DNA of 64,000 nucleotides, from positions 2,016,001 to 2,080,000 of the forward strand of contig OY829846.1 in the NCBI GenBank assembly GCA_963691875.1, given 5' to 3'. Below the pieces are notes generated by a model. It was not told the DNA's origin, made no database searches, and was given only the letters and a program-made list of their open reading frames with translations. This document shows, one piece after another, positions 31,058 through 39,987 of the stretch. Every line of letters begins with the position of its first letter. Position 1 is the first letter of the stretch. Source of the DNA: Aureliella sp. (GTDB taxonomy: Bacteria > Planctomycetota > Planctomycetia > Pirellulales > Pirellulaceae). The position numbers and the translations under genes are program-made.

Positions 31058-33358
31058 TTAGGCAGACAAAGCAGAGTAAAGATATTTCTGAAAATCTCTG
31101 AACGTCTTCTGGATGATCTCACCACTGCCAAGGATCGCGATTGCATCGGGTATGGCTTCGTATTTGAGTTTCAGCAATTCAGGCAGAAGCTCACGGTCAA
31201 GAACTTCAACACCCGTTTCGATATAGCGTGATAGAACAAACTCTACAAATTCACGCTGTTCAGGATTGAGATTCTCGTAGATTGCTGGCTCTGCTGCTCG
31301 CACTCGCTGTTCGCGTGTGATGGGTGAGACTTCAAAACTCACGTATTCCAGAACGTCAAACAGATCGCTCTTGGGATCGGCCACAAGATCACGCAGCGTT
31401 TTGAGTGCTTCGACTCCGTAACCAGCTTCATCGAGTCGATCCAGCAAGCTCTTGCGTGTCTCTGGATCACTCCAAAGATCGCGTAACTGTTGCTCTGAAT
31501 CGTAGAACTCAGGAAGTTTCGCAAAAAGTTCATGTATGAATTGCTCTGCTGTGACGGGTTGACCGTCAGCACCCCAGAAACTTGTCTCTGTGATGTGATT
31601 GATTTGAAGTGCTTTGCCCTTGCCAAGCTGAATTTTGAGCTTCTCTGGTCGCGGTTCGCCCGGCTCTGGTGGATCTGGTGGATCGTTCACATCATTCGGC
31701 TCACGAGGTTCTCGCGGCTCTGGCTCAACTGGATCACCGTCCCACTCTGGATCGGCAAAGTGGTCAAAGATATTCACGAAGTCATAAATGGTGAAATAAT
31801 CCTTGCCATCAAACATTCGTGTTCCACGTCCCACGATCTGCTTGAACTCGATCATGTCGTTGACCGGACGCATCAGCACAATGTTCCGCACGTTACGAGC
31901 ATCAACACCCGTTGAGAGCTTCTTAGAGGTCGTCAGAACGGTTGGAATTGTTTTTTCGTTATCTTGGAAGTCTCTTAAATGCTGTTCGCCTATGCCGTCA
32001 TCATCGGCTGTCACACGGCAGCAGTAGCTAGGGTCGTCGCTCTCGTTCATCTGGTTTATCAGATCACGAACGATTCCCGCATGTAGCTGAGTCTTGCAGA
32101 ACACAATCGCCTTTTCTCTCTGGTCTGCTTGTTCCAGATAGATTTTGGCTCGATAGGCTTCACGCTCAATGATCTCAATCACTTTGTTGAAATCTTCTTC
32201 TTTATATTGTTTGCTCTGCTCAACTTCGCCCTGAATCACTTTGTCATCGGGTGAGTAAACGTATTCATCCAGCGTTGTCTTGATTCGCTTCACACGGAAG
32301 GGCGTTAGAAATCCGTCGTTGATTCCCTCTTTGAGCGAGTACGTGTAGACCGGCTCACCAAAATAAGAGTAGGTGTCAACGTTGCGTTTGCGTTTGGGCG
32401 TTGCCGTTAGACCAATCTGAACGGCAGGTGAGAAGTATTCCAGAATCTCACGCCAGCTACTTTCGTCACTTGCTCCACCACGATGACATTCATCAATGAT
32501 TATCAAATCAAAATAGTCTTGGGGGTATTCTCCAAAGTAGGGCGTGTCATTCGGCCCACTCATGAACGTCTGGAAGATTGTGAAGAAGATGTTGCCGTTG
32601 GTTGGCACTCGCTTCTTTTTGACGATCTCGTCTGGACGAATCCTCACAAGGGCATCTTCTGGAAACGCAGAGAAGGCGTTGAAGGCTTGATCGGCCAGAA
32701 TGTTGAGGTCTGCGAGAAACAGAATACGTGGACGACGTGAACCGTCACGCACGAGGTTCCAGCGAGTGTGAAACAGTTTCCAAGCGATCTCAAAGGCAAC
32801 GGCTGTCTTGCCCGTTCCTGTTGCCATTGTGAGAAGCACACGCTGCTTGCCATCAGCAATCGCACCGGTGACACGGTTGATGGCGTTCTCTTGGTAATAG
32901 CGTGGTTGCCACTGTCCACCGCTGAGGTTCATCGGTTGACGATTGAACTTGTCTCGCCAGTCATTTGACTGCTCAAAGGTTTTGTTCCAAAGTTCGTCTG
33001 GTGTGGGATAACGGTCTACTGTTCCTTCTGCACCTGTTTTCATGCAGATTTGATAGATGGTGTCTCCGTTGGTGGCAAAGGTGGTGTCGCAGTCCAAACG
33101 CTTTGCGTACTCTTTTGCCTGTCCCACTCCATCGGCGGCTTCTCGCTCATCGCTCTTGGCTTCGACTACGGCAAGTTTGCGACCACGATAGATCAGAACG
33201 TAATCGGCAATCAGTTGTTTGCTGCGTCGACCACCGATCTGAATACGACCATCGGTTATTTTGAACTCGCGACGTACAACCGTATCTTCGACACTACCCC
33301 AGCCAGCAGCGGCCAAAGCTGGATCAATTTTTTCTGCTCTTGTTTCTGATTCGTTCAC
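31058..33358 (-). CDS. hsdR: Type I restriction endonuclease subunit R (EcoEI/EcoAI-like)
   Basis: ADYVL..AVVEAK nuclease motif, MATGTGKT, DECH, GLTATP, STGVD, QIVGRGTR. Confidence 0.95.
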   Translation of the reverse strand: MNESETRAEKIDPALAAAGWGSVEDTVVRREFKITDGRIQIGGRRSKQLIADYVLIYRGRKLAVVEAKSDEREAADGVGQAKEYAKRLDCDTTFATNGDTIYQICMKTGAEGTVDRYPTPDELWNKTFEQSNDWRDKFNRQPMNLSGGQWQPRYYQENAINRVTGAIADGKQRVLLTMATGTGKTAVAFEIAWKLFHTRWNLVRDGSRRPRILFLADLNILADQAFNAFSAFPEDALVRIRPDEIVKKKRVPTNGNIFFTIFQTFMSGPNDTPYFGEYPQDYFDLIIIDECHRGGASDESSWREILEYFSPAVQIGLTATPKRKRNVDTYSYFGEPVYTYSLKEGINDGFLTPFRVKRIKTTLDEYVYSPDDKVIQGEVEQSKQYKEEDFNKVIEIIEREAYRAKIYLEQADQREKAIVFCKTQLHAGIVRDLINQMNESDDPSYCCRVTADDDGIGEQHLRDFQDNEKTIPTVLTTSKKLSTGVDARNVRNIVLMRPVNDMIEFKQIVGRGTRMFDGKDYFTIYDFVNIFDHFADPEWDGDPVEPEPREPREPNDVNDPPDPPEPGEPRPEKLKIQLGKGKALQINHITETSFWGADGQPVTAEQFIHELFAKLPEFYDSEQQLRDLWSDPETRKSLLDRLDEAGYGVEALKTLRDLVADPKSDLFDVLEYVSFEVSPITREQRVRAAEPAIYENLNPEQREFVEFVLSRYIETGVEVLDRELLPELLKLKYEAIPDAIAILGSGEIIQKTFRDFQKYLYSALSA

Positions 33359-34518
33359 GGCACCGCCTCTAATTCGGGGGAGTTAGCGGTGAGTTGTCCG
33401 GTGAAGGCTTTTTGAAGAATGGATTGTTTGAGTTCGTCGAGGGCGGCGATCTTTTGGGTATGTATACGCTCAAGTGATCTAGCTTCCTCAACCAGAGAGT
33501 CAGTGCGTTTAGCAATTCGTTTTTGGTCTTCTAAGGGTGGAAGGCTGAATCGGTATGCGAACATATGTTTCCTGTTTACCTTGGGCATCCCAGCTCGTGC
33601 AGAGCCGGACATCGCGTAGTCTGTAAAGTCCTTGCTAAGGAGCGTGTAGAACAGAAAGTCACGATGCAATACCTCCTTTACTGGTGACAACGGGTAAACG
33701 TCTGCACTGCAAAGTCCAACAAAGTTCGGGCGGCTTACCTTCATAAGGTACGGTCGAATCTTGCTGTACAGCACCATGGTGCTATCAAACGTGTACTTGT
33801 TCGAGATCAAGCCTTCTTCACGAGCAGTCAGCACTTCCACAAGCTGGTCTGATTGAGAAACCATGTTTCCAGCACCAATATGTGGTAAGTCGATAAACTC
33901 GTCTTGCTTAGGGTCAACCAATTTTGACTCAATCGAAGATACATCGTTTAGACACGTTTCCTCCCAACCCTCTCCCTTCAAACTAAACACTCGATTCAGA
34001 TACGACTCAAAAAGCTCACGAGCGTTAGCGACGTTTTGAGTGGCAATCTCCTTCGCCCTATCAATCGCCCCAAATGCTTCGTCGAGGATGGCGACGATTC
34101 GTTTTTGCTCGGGTAAGGGTGGTATGGGGATTGGAATAGCGTTTAGTTTTGCCTGATTCAATTTTGGTTGAGCCATGCCACTGACCCACGGTTCAAGTGA
34201 TATTGAATTGAGGTAATACTCAACGAAGCGGCGAGCGATAGAATCCGTAAACCTTAGAACATGAGCATGATTGTTCACCCATGCTTTACCTGAAATCGAA
34301 AACGCAATCGGATAGGTTCGTGCCAACAGGTTTGCACCATCTTCTGAGACTAGAAGCAATTCCTCATCAAAAAGAAAATCATTAACATGATCTACTACAC
34401 CAGAGGCTCCGTAGTACGGAATAGTGCCAGATACTCGCTTCGACTTTGTGATCGGCTTGCGTTGCTTGTCCAGATTTTCACAACAAGTGCCTAAATTCAT
34501 TGTGGCCCATTTATTCAT
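33355..34518 (-). CDS. hsdS: Type I R-M specificity subunit S with two TRDs
   Basis: Two PPL.EQ/DQKRI conserved repeats; LKQSILQKAFTGQL C-terminus. Confidence 0.93.
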   Translation of the reverse strand: MNKWATMNLGTCCENLDKQRKPITKSKRVSGTIPYYGASGVVDHVNDFLFDEELLLVSEDGANLLARTYPIAFSISGKAWVNNHAHVLRFTDSIARRFVEYYLNSISLEPWVSGMAQPKLNQAKLNAIPIPIPPLPEQKRIVAILDEAFGAIDRAKEIATQNVANARELFESYLNRVFSLKGEGWEETCLNDVSSIESKLVDPKQDEFIDLPHIGAGNMVSQSDQLVEVLTAREEGLISNKYTFDSTMVLYSKIRPYLMKVSRPNFVGLCSADVYPLSPVKEVLHRDFLFYTLLSKDFTDYAMSGSARAGMPKVNRKHMFAYRFSLPPLEDQKRIAKRTDSLVEEARSLERIHTQKIAALDELKQSILQKAFTGQLTANSPELEAVP

Positions 34519-34661
34519 CCAACCGCCTCCAGTTCAGGAGACTTCGCGGTGAGTTGACCGGTGAAGGCTTTTTGAAGGATGGATTGTTTGAGTTCGTCGA
34601 GAGCAGCGAGCTTTAAGCGGCACACATCTCCTAGCTTCTTAGCTTCCCAAGCCTCGCTCAT
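34515..34661 (-). CDS. 48-aa mini-HsdS lacking both TRDs (in-frame internal deletion)
   Basis: MSEAWEAKKLGDVCRLKLAALDELKQSILQKAFTGQLTAKSPELEAVG*; ATGA overlaps with the hsdM stop and the hsdS start. Confidence 0.75.
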   Translation of the reverse strand: MSEAWEAKKLGDVCRLKLAALDELKQSILQKAFTGQLTAKSPELEAVG

Positions 34662-36112
34662 ACTAACCCCCGAATCGTCTCAAGGATTTCAGAGGCTTCG
34701 CTATCTAGCTGTGCGATCTCGTCAAGGATTTCTTCTGGCTCACGCAGAACCACCTCGTCATCTTTGTTAGGGTTCTTCACGCTCAGATCGAAGGAAGTTT
34801 GGTCCACGTCTTTGATGTTGACCGTCCATGAGTTGTCACTGTCGCCATTGGTTTTCTGTAGCTCGACGAACTCAGCCAGATCATTCTCGTTAAGAGGGTT
34901 TGTCTTTCCCAAGTTGCGATCAAGATTGAGTTGGTAATACCAAATATTTTTTGTTGGTTTACCTTTTTCAAAGAACAACACTACGGTTCGAACACCGGCA
35001 GTAAACACTTTGGCGGGAAGGTCCAAGACAGTGTGTAGATTGCACGTGTTTACGAGTTCTTTTCTCAGTGAGGCAGCGTCTCCGTTACTTAGAAATGTGT
35101 TCTTGATCACGACGCCCGCACGACCACCGGCCCGCAGCGTCTTGAAGAAATGCTGCAAAAACAGATAAGCAGTCTCACCCGATTTGATCGGGAAGTGTTG
35201 CTGTATTTCTTTTCGCTCATCGCCACCAAAGGGCGGATTGGCTAGTACAACGTCATAGCGGTCTTTCTCTTGGATGTCCGTCAAATTTTCACTGAGCGTG
35301 TTGGTGCGAACGAAGTTGGGTACTTCGATCCCGTGAAGGACCATGTTCATTGTGCCGACGATAAATCCCAACGGCTTTTTCTCTTTGCCGTACAGCGTGT
35401 CTTTTTGAAGCGTTCGCACGTCTTTGACACTCAGTTTTTTACCTGAGTCACGCATATGGTGAAACGCTTCGACCAGAAAACCAGCAGAACCAGCAGCAGG
35501 GTCGTAGACGGTTTCACCAATCTTGGGGTCAATCACCTGAACGATTGAGCGAATTAATGAACGTGGCGTGTAGTATTGACCACCGCTCCGCCCAGCATTG
35601 CCCATGTCATTGAGCCGACTCTCATAGAAATGGGACAGTTCGTGTTTTTCCGAGCTTTTCTGAAAGCGAAGCTCGTCCACGTAGTTAAGAACTTCACGTA
35701 AGCCATAACCGTTTTCTAACTTGTTTTCGATTGAACTAAATATCTGACCAATTTTGTACTGAATGGTGTCAAATCTTTCAGCGGTTGTTTTGAACTTGCT
35801 GAGATAAGGAAACAGCTTGCCGTTGACGAACTCAATCAGGTCATTGCCCGTTAAGGCAGCGTGATGGTCGATCTTACCATCACCCTTGCGAGGCATTGCC
35901 CACACACCCCAGCTATACTCGCTACGTAAGATCGGTTCGTATTTCACTTCTTGAAGACTCGCAGCCGATTCACGATCTTTTTCAAAGTCGTCCAGATACT
36001 TGAGGAACAGTACCCAAGACGATTGGGCAGCGTAATCGATCGCTGTATCACAGCCATTATCTTTCCAAAGTACGGCATCAATGTTTTTAAATGTTTGCTC
36101 AAACATATTCAT
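34658..36112 (-). CDS. hsdM: Type I R-M N6-adenine methyltransferase subunit M
   Basis: GQYYTPR, YDPAAGSAGFL, VLANPPF. Confidence 0.95.
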   Translation of the reverse strand: MNMFEQTFKNIDAVLWKDNGCDTAIDYAAQSSWVLFLKYLDDFEKDRESAASLQEVKYEPILRSEYSWGVWAMPRKGDGKIDHHAALTGNDLIEFVNGKLFPYLSKFKTTAERFDTIQYKIGQIFSSIENKLENGYGLREVLNYVDELRFQKSSEKHELSHFYESRLNDMGNAGRSGGQYYTPRSLIRSIVQVIDPKIGETVYDPAAGSAGFLVEAFHHMRDSGKKLSVKDVRTLQKDTLYGKEKKPLGFIVGTMNMVLHGIEVPNFVRTNTLSENLTDIQEKDRYDVVLANPPFGGDERKEIQQHFPIKSGETAYLFLQHFFKTLRAGGRAGVVIKNTFLSNGDAASLRKELVNTCNLHTVLDLPAKVFTAGVRTVVLFFEKGKPTKNIWYYQLNLDRNLGKTNPLNENDLAEFVELQKTNGDSDNSWTVNIKDVDQTSFDLSVKNPNKDDEVVLREPEEILDEIAQLDSEASEILETIRGLV

Positions 36113-36199
36113 TTTTTCTATCGCATGCCGATTGCTAACTGGTGGCATAGATGTTTTCTGAATCCGCAAAACTTTCACCGAAGGATCAAAGTGGCGGGG

Positions 36200-37534
36200 T
36201 TAAGTGTCTTGGCTTTGACTACGCCTATGCTTCACGGCTGTGCCATCAAAACAACGCCTGCAAGACTCACAAACGTCCGCAATGTCGGCACGCTCGTTTA
36301 GGGGACAAATTACATCGGACTCGTAGGTATTCAATCCGGATTTCGGCTTGTAGTTGTTAAAAAACACCACCGACACACCTCGTATTGCATCTAGTGAAGG
36401 CTCTTCTCCCTCTTCGGCTTGGTAGGAGAAAAAGAAGTTTTTGCTCTTAGGCTTCAGAGTCAGAAAGTCATCGCGGCGAAGACGTGAGTTTTTATCGAGA
36501 CTAAAGTGCACAAACACATTTGGCCTATCCTCGATCGCCGCTGCCATTTCTGGAATGCGAGTTACTACCCAAAGGACAATATCTGGACGCACTGCCGAGA
36601 GATGGTTTACTGCATCGACACTTTCGGGAAATAAATCGCCTCCGCCATTCCACCGCAGGAAAGTTAAGCCGAGCCGGTCATACTCGAGTGCAGCACGTTC
36701 AGAGAACTTAATTGGGTCAGACCGAATGCTATCGTAGATCATCCACTGGTGACGTAACGAATTCGCCCAACTTGAGGCACCCGTTGCGAAATAGCACGTT
36801 TTGACACAAACAGCTGTCGGCCTGCAGGTGTTTGCGATAGGAACGTTGACGCTGTAACCAGTTACTTTATTGCCAGACAGCACGCTGTCATTTGATCCAA
36901 CTAATTTGGAACGTTCAGACTGCTGAAGCCTTAGTGACTTTTGTACAACGCGACCAACTCGGACAGACGATGGAATCTTTTTGTTCGCCCCAACGGCTGA
37001 TCGTCGCATTGCTTCAACAGGCTTCCGGGGCGTAATGTGTTTTTGACTCGAATCCCGCAAAGAGCGAACAACCGCACTGGCGTCGCCCTCAGTCCATCGC
37101 CTTGGCGAAGACCGAACATAGACTGTCCACCCAGCTTCACGTTTACCTTTAAAGATTGAGAGTTCGTTTTTCAGCGAGCGTATCGGCACGGCCTCAGTCA
37201 GGCTGCGTTCAATCTCAATGGCAACGGGCACACGAACCGGGAAGACTCCGTCAGACCAAATTGGCGTAGAATCCTTATAGGCTGGGCCGGTCACACGCAA
37301 AGTGGCGACAAACGCTGAAACCTTCGTCAAGTAGCAGAGAATCTGGTCGCCTATTTCGAGACGGGTTGCTGCTGTCCACTTTTTTTCTGTGAACCCCATC
37401 ACCTCCCCACCAACTGCCACGAACTCTCGCCATGATTCAACGGTGAATAATCCAAGGTAAGACGTGGAATCGATAGCTAAATCTTGCTTGCAGGAGTGAG
37501 CTACCTTTCGACTTCTTGTTTTTCGGCTTGTCAT
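36200..37534 (-). CDS. EVE (PUA-like) domain fused to a GP88-like radical-SAM-type Fe-S domain
   Basis: N-terminus: LFT.ESW.EF...GF...GDQILCY...VTG..Y.D.TPIW...FPVR. C-terminus: TCRPTAVCVKTCY, LRWNGGGD, WVVTR, NVFVHFSLD, ICP...CESCRRC. Confidence 0.7.
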   Translation of the reverse strand: MTSRKTRSRKVAHSCKQDLAIDSTSYLGLFTVESWREFVAVGGEVMGFTEKKWTAATRLEIGDQILCYLTKVSAFVATLRVTGPAYKDSTPIWSDGVFPVRVPVAIEIERSLTEAVPIRSLKNELSIFKGKREAGWTVYVRSSPRRWTEGDASAVVRSLRDSSQKHITPRKPVEAMRRSAVGANKKIPSSVRVGRVVQKSLRLQQSERSKLVGSNDSVLSGNKVTGYSVNVPIANTCRPTAVCVKTCYFATGASSWANSLRHQWMIYDSIRSDPIKFSERAALEYDRLGLTFLRWNGGGDLFPESVDAVNHLSAVRPDIVLWVVTRIPEMAAAIEDRPNVFVHFSLDKNSRLRRDDFLTLKPKSKNFFFSYQAEEGEEPSLDAIRGVSVVFFNNYKPKSGLNTYESDVICPLNERADIADVCESCRRCFDGTAVKHRRSQSQDT

Positions 37535-37971
37535 CTTGGTTCAATATTTAGACTGCAGTGTACGTTGTTCGGGATTGTTATGAAGAAAATGCCATGTGTA
37601 TGTGGTGCTAGAACTCCTTGGCACTGGAGCGAACTAGCGTTGCTCCTGAGCAATGACACTCAAATTGGTGACAAGTGTAACCACAGATGTCTCCTTCTCT
37701 AGGGGAGTATTGGGCGTTTGGGGGTGCAGATCGAGGCACCGAAAAGTAAGTGGGAAGGAAAGCAGGTGTGTGTACCCGTGATACACTTTCGGGATCTCTC
37801 TCAAACCCATAAATCGATCGGAAGGACCCGCTCATCTAGAGATTTTATCCTGTTTCTTTTCGTGGGTTTCTTGAAGAGGTTTGTATGAATAGCTTCTATA
37901 AAGGTGGGGACCGATGTAGGGAATGAAGACGGTAGTTGAGTAGTGATATAAGAGAACAAAGGTGGAATGAC

Positions 37972-38062
37972 TCGTTGAGGGCCCTATGGGGACCTCAACG
38001 ATTTTGTTGGGGTACGCCAAGACTCCCATAGGGGGCCTTGGTGTACACCAAGGCTCCCATGG
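37972..38062. repeat. cluster of hairpins and imperfect direct repeats (candidate origin)
   Basis: TCGTTGAGG..CCTCAACGA (37972-38001); perfect palindrome GCCTTGGTGTACACCAAGGC (38035-38054); 25-bp repeats at 38007 and 38038. Confidence 0.6.
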
Positions 38063-38076
38063 ATCGCTCCAGAGAA

Positions 38077-38877
38077 TCAATACTTTTGCGGCGGGTGGTT
38101 CGGAGTCTGGAGTTCCGCCAACGCTCGTCTGAATTTCTTTTGATTCTCCGACTGTCTGAATTGTTTTTCGCTGAGCTCTCGGTCGTGAGTTTGCCTTGCC
38201 AGAAGCTTGATCGCTTCATCGTTTGAAAGATTGTTGGAGTAGTACATATGACGTCCGTCAGGTAGTAATTGGAAGAAAAAGCCTCGCTTGCCAAGTTTTC
38301 TCACCGTGTACTTGATTTGTGCCAAAGACAGTAACGGCACTTCTTGTAGGTGCGAGGCTTGTTTTGTGCTGCTGTAGCCTAACGCTGCAAAGTTGACTCT
38401 TTCATAGGTGAATTGAGCTAGATCTTTATTGCCGATGCAGCCATATACGGCTGCAAGCACAGCAAATTCTCTCCAGCTCCATTCCTCCAATGCATCCCAG
38501 AAGATATCAGTACGCATTCGGACCAACATTCCTAGCGGATAGTCTGAAACAGAACCCTCAGATATGCCTTCAGTGCCCAAAACGACATTCAAAGTATCGG
38601 CAGCAGCAAGTACGAAGGGTGTCCAGGTAGTCGTGTCAAAGGCATGCTCTTCGCCGTAGTTCGGCTGTGCTTTGACCGCCTTCTCCGCAATTGCAACAAT
38701 CTCGCGTTCTGGCTTTTTTTCGCGGAGATTCCTCGCGACATGAAACACTGCCCAACGAATTATCTCGCGCATCCGCTTTTCCTTGGTGCTGCGGGTGACA
38801 TTCGCCACACTTGAACCGATGCGAAGAGCGGATAGCGGAAACTGAAAGTAACTCTTGCACTTTTCTTGACTGGACAT
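38077..38877 (-). CDS. hypothetical protein, possible replication or DNA-binding protein of the element
   Basis: 266-aa ORF in the element backbone; basic, with a possible winged-helix segment (LSLAQIKYTVRKLGKRGFF). Confidence 0.7.
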   Translation of the reverse strand: MSSQEKCKSYFQFPLSALRIGSSVANVTRSTKEKRMREIIRWAVFHVARNLREKKPEREIVAIAEKAVKAQPNYGEEHAFDTTTWTPFVLAAADTLNVVLGTEGISEGSVSDYPLGMLVRMRTDIFWDALEEWSWREFAVLAAVYGCIGNKDLAQFTYERVNFAALGYSSTKQASHLQEVPLLSLAQIKYTVRKLGKRGFFFQLLPDGRHMYYSNNLSNDEAIKLLARQTHDRELSEKQFRQSENQKKFRRALAELQTPNHPPQKY

Positions 38878-38930
38878 ACATGCTGCCTATTAAGTAGGAA
38901 AACGGAGATCTGCGAGGAATAAAAAGCAAA

Positions 38931-39230
38931 TTAGATCTCAGCATCCCTGAGTTGTTGCAACGCGCATTTGTGAGACGGGCCAGCGGTGCGTTTGCGGCGA
39001 GAAGAGCCCCGCTTGGCTTCGGTTACGGCACAGAAAAATCGGTCAAGCGCCTGCTTTGAGGTGTATTGCTCACCCCCGATGTAGACCGATTCGAGACGAA
39101 CGCCAACAAGACCTCTGCTGAGCCATCGGTAAATAGATGCGAGGTGCTTCTTGCGGCCATTCTTCTTAGGAAGTAAGCCAGGCACTTCGCGAATCAAAAC
39201 GACCTCTTCGCGGTTGATATCGATCGACAT
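38931..39230 (-). CDS. DUF1580 / excisionase-like HTH protein
   Basis: H.ASIYRW..RGL.GVRLES..IGG..YTS.QAL.RF. Confidence 0.8.
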   Translation of the reverse strand: MSIDINREEVVLIREVPGLLPKKNGRKKHLASIYRWLSRGLVGVRLESVYIGGEQYTSKQALDRFFCAVTEAKRGSSRRKRTAGPSHKCALQQLRDAEI

Positions 39231-39348
39231 CCCCATTCCTTTGCAAATGAACGTAATTTCTTGTAACTACGTGCAAAGGTAAAGCGACTCACGAAACAGC
39301 GGAATCAGCTGAGGCAAAGATTCAATTTGATTCAATAAACTCAAGGTC

Positions 39349-39987
39349 TTATTGAGGGAGTTGATCTTTGCCTTGGGAGCGGAGCCAATCGTTTACTTGG
39401 GTGACTAGGAATTTCTGCGGCCTTGCGCCTTCAGGAGACACGGGTTTTGGAAATCCCTTGTTGAACCAGGAATTGTTTAGCGTAGAAGAATCGATACCCA
39501 ACTGCTTACAAAGTTCTGGGCGCATAATGACCCGATTGACGTCCTTTTCGTGGCTCTCATCGTGGCCCACTAGCGCCTTCTTGCATGCGCAACGAAAGTA
39601 GATCGCGTCTTCGTGAGCAAGTCTGACATAGAGAACCTCGAGCGTTACAGGCTCTCGATTGTCAAAATGCATTGATTCCTCTAGATAGTTCGCTTTGGCC
39701 ATGAATCGCGTATACGTGGCTGGGCCGTCCGCAATCTTGCCTAAAGCGTCAAATATCACGTCCTCATTCGTCTCCAGAAAATCACACAAGGCATGCAAGA
39801 ACGTCTGCGTGCAACTTGTGTCAGTCTGCTCGATGTCAACTTGAAGATCACTGAGTGGCGACGCAAAAAGTTCATTTATGTGTCCGTCTTTCGCGATCCA
39901 AAGTGCCTCGTAAAGGGATTGGAGACAGGTCGAAAGCATCTTGAGTGGATGTGCCGTTGGCATGCTGAAATTCCTTTTCTTATCCAA
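39349..39987 (-). CDS. hypothetical protein with a C-terminal AlpA-like HTH
   Basis: RPELCKQLGIDSSTL...GFPKP...VNDWL; overlaps the integrase stop. Confidence 0.65.
   Translation of the reverse strand: MDKKRNFSMPTAHPLKMLSTCLQSLYEALWIAKDGHINELFASPLSDLQVDIEQTDTSCTQTFLHALCDFLETNEDVIFDALGKIADGPATYTRFMAKANYLEESMHFDNREPVTLEVLYVRLAHEDAIYFRCACKKALVGHDESHEKDVNRVIMRPELCKQLGIDSSTLNNSWFNKGFPKPVSPEGARPQKFLVTQVNDWLRSQGKDQLPQ

Noticed and set aside
37608..38080. Two chained small ORFs (82 and 75 aa) with 4-nt overlaps
   Set aside because: Unnatural composition, and they run through the palindrome cluster; they cannot be supported as genes, though they are not excluded
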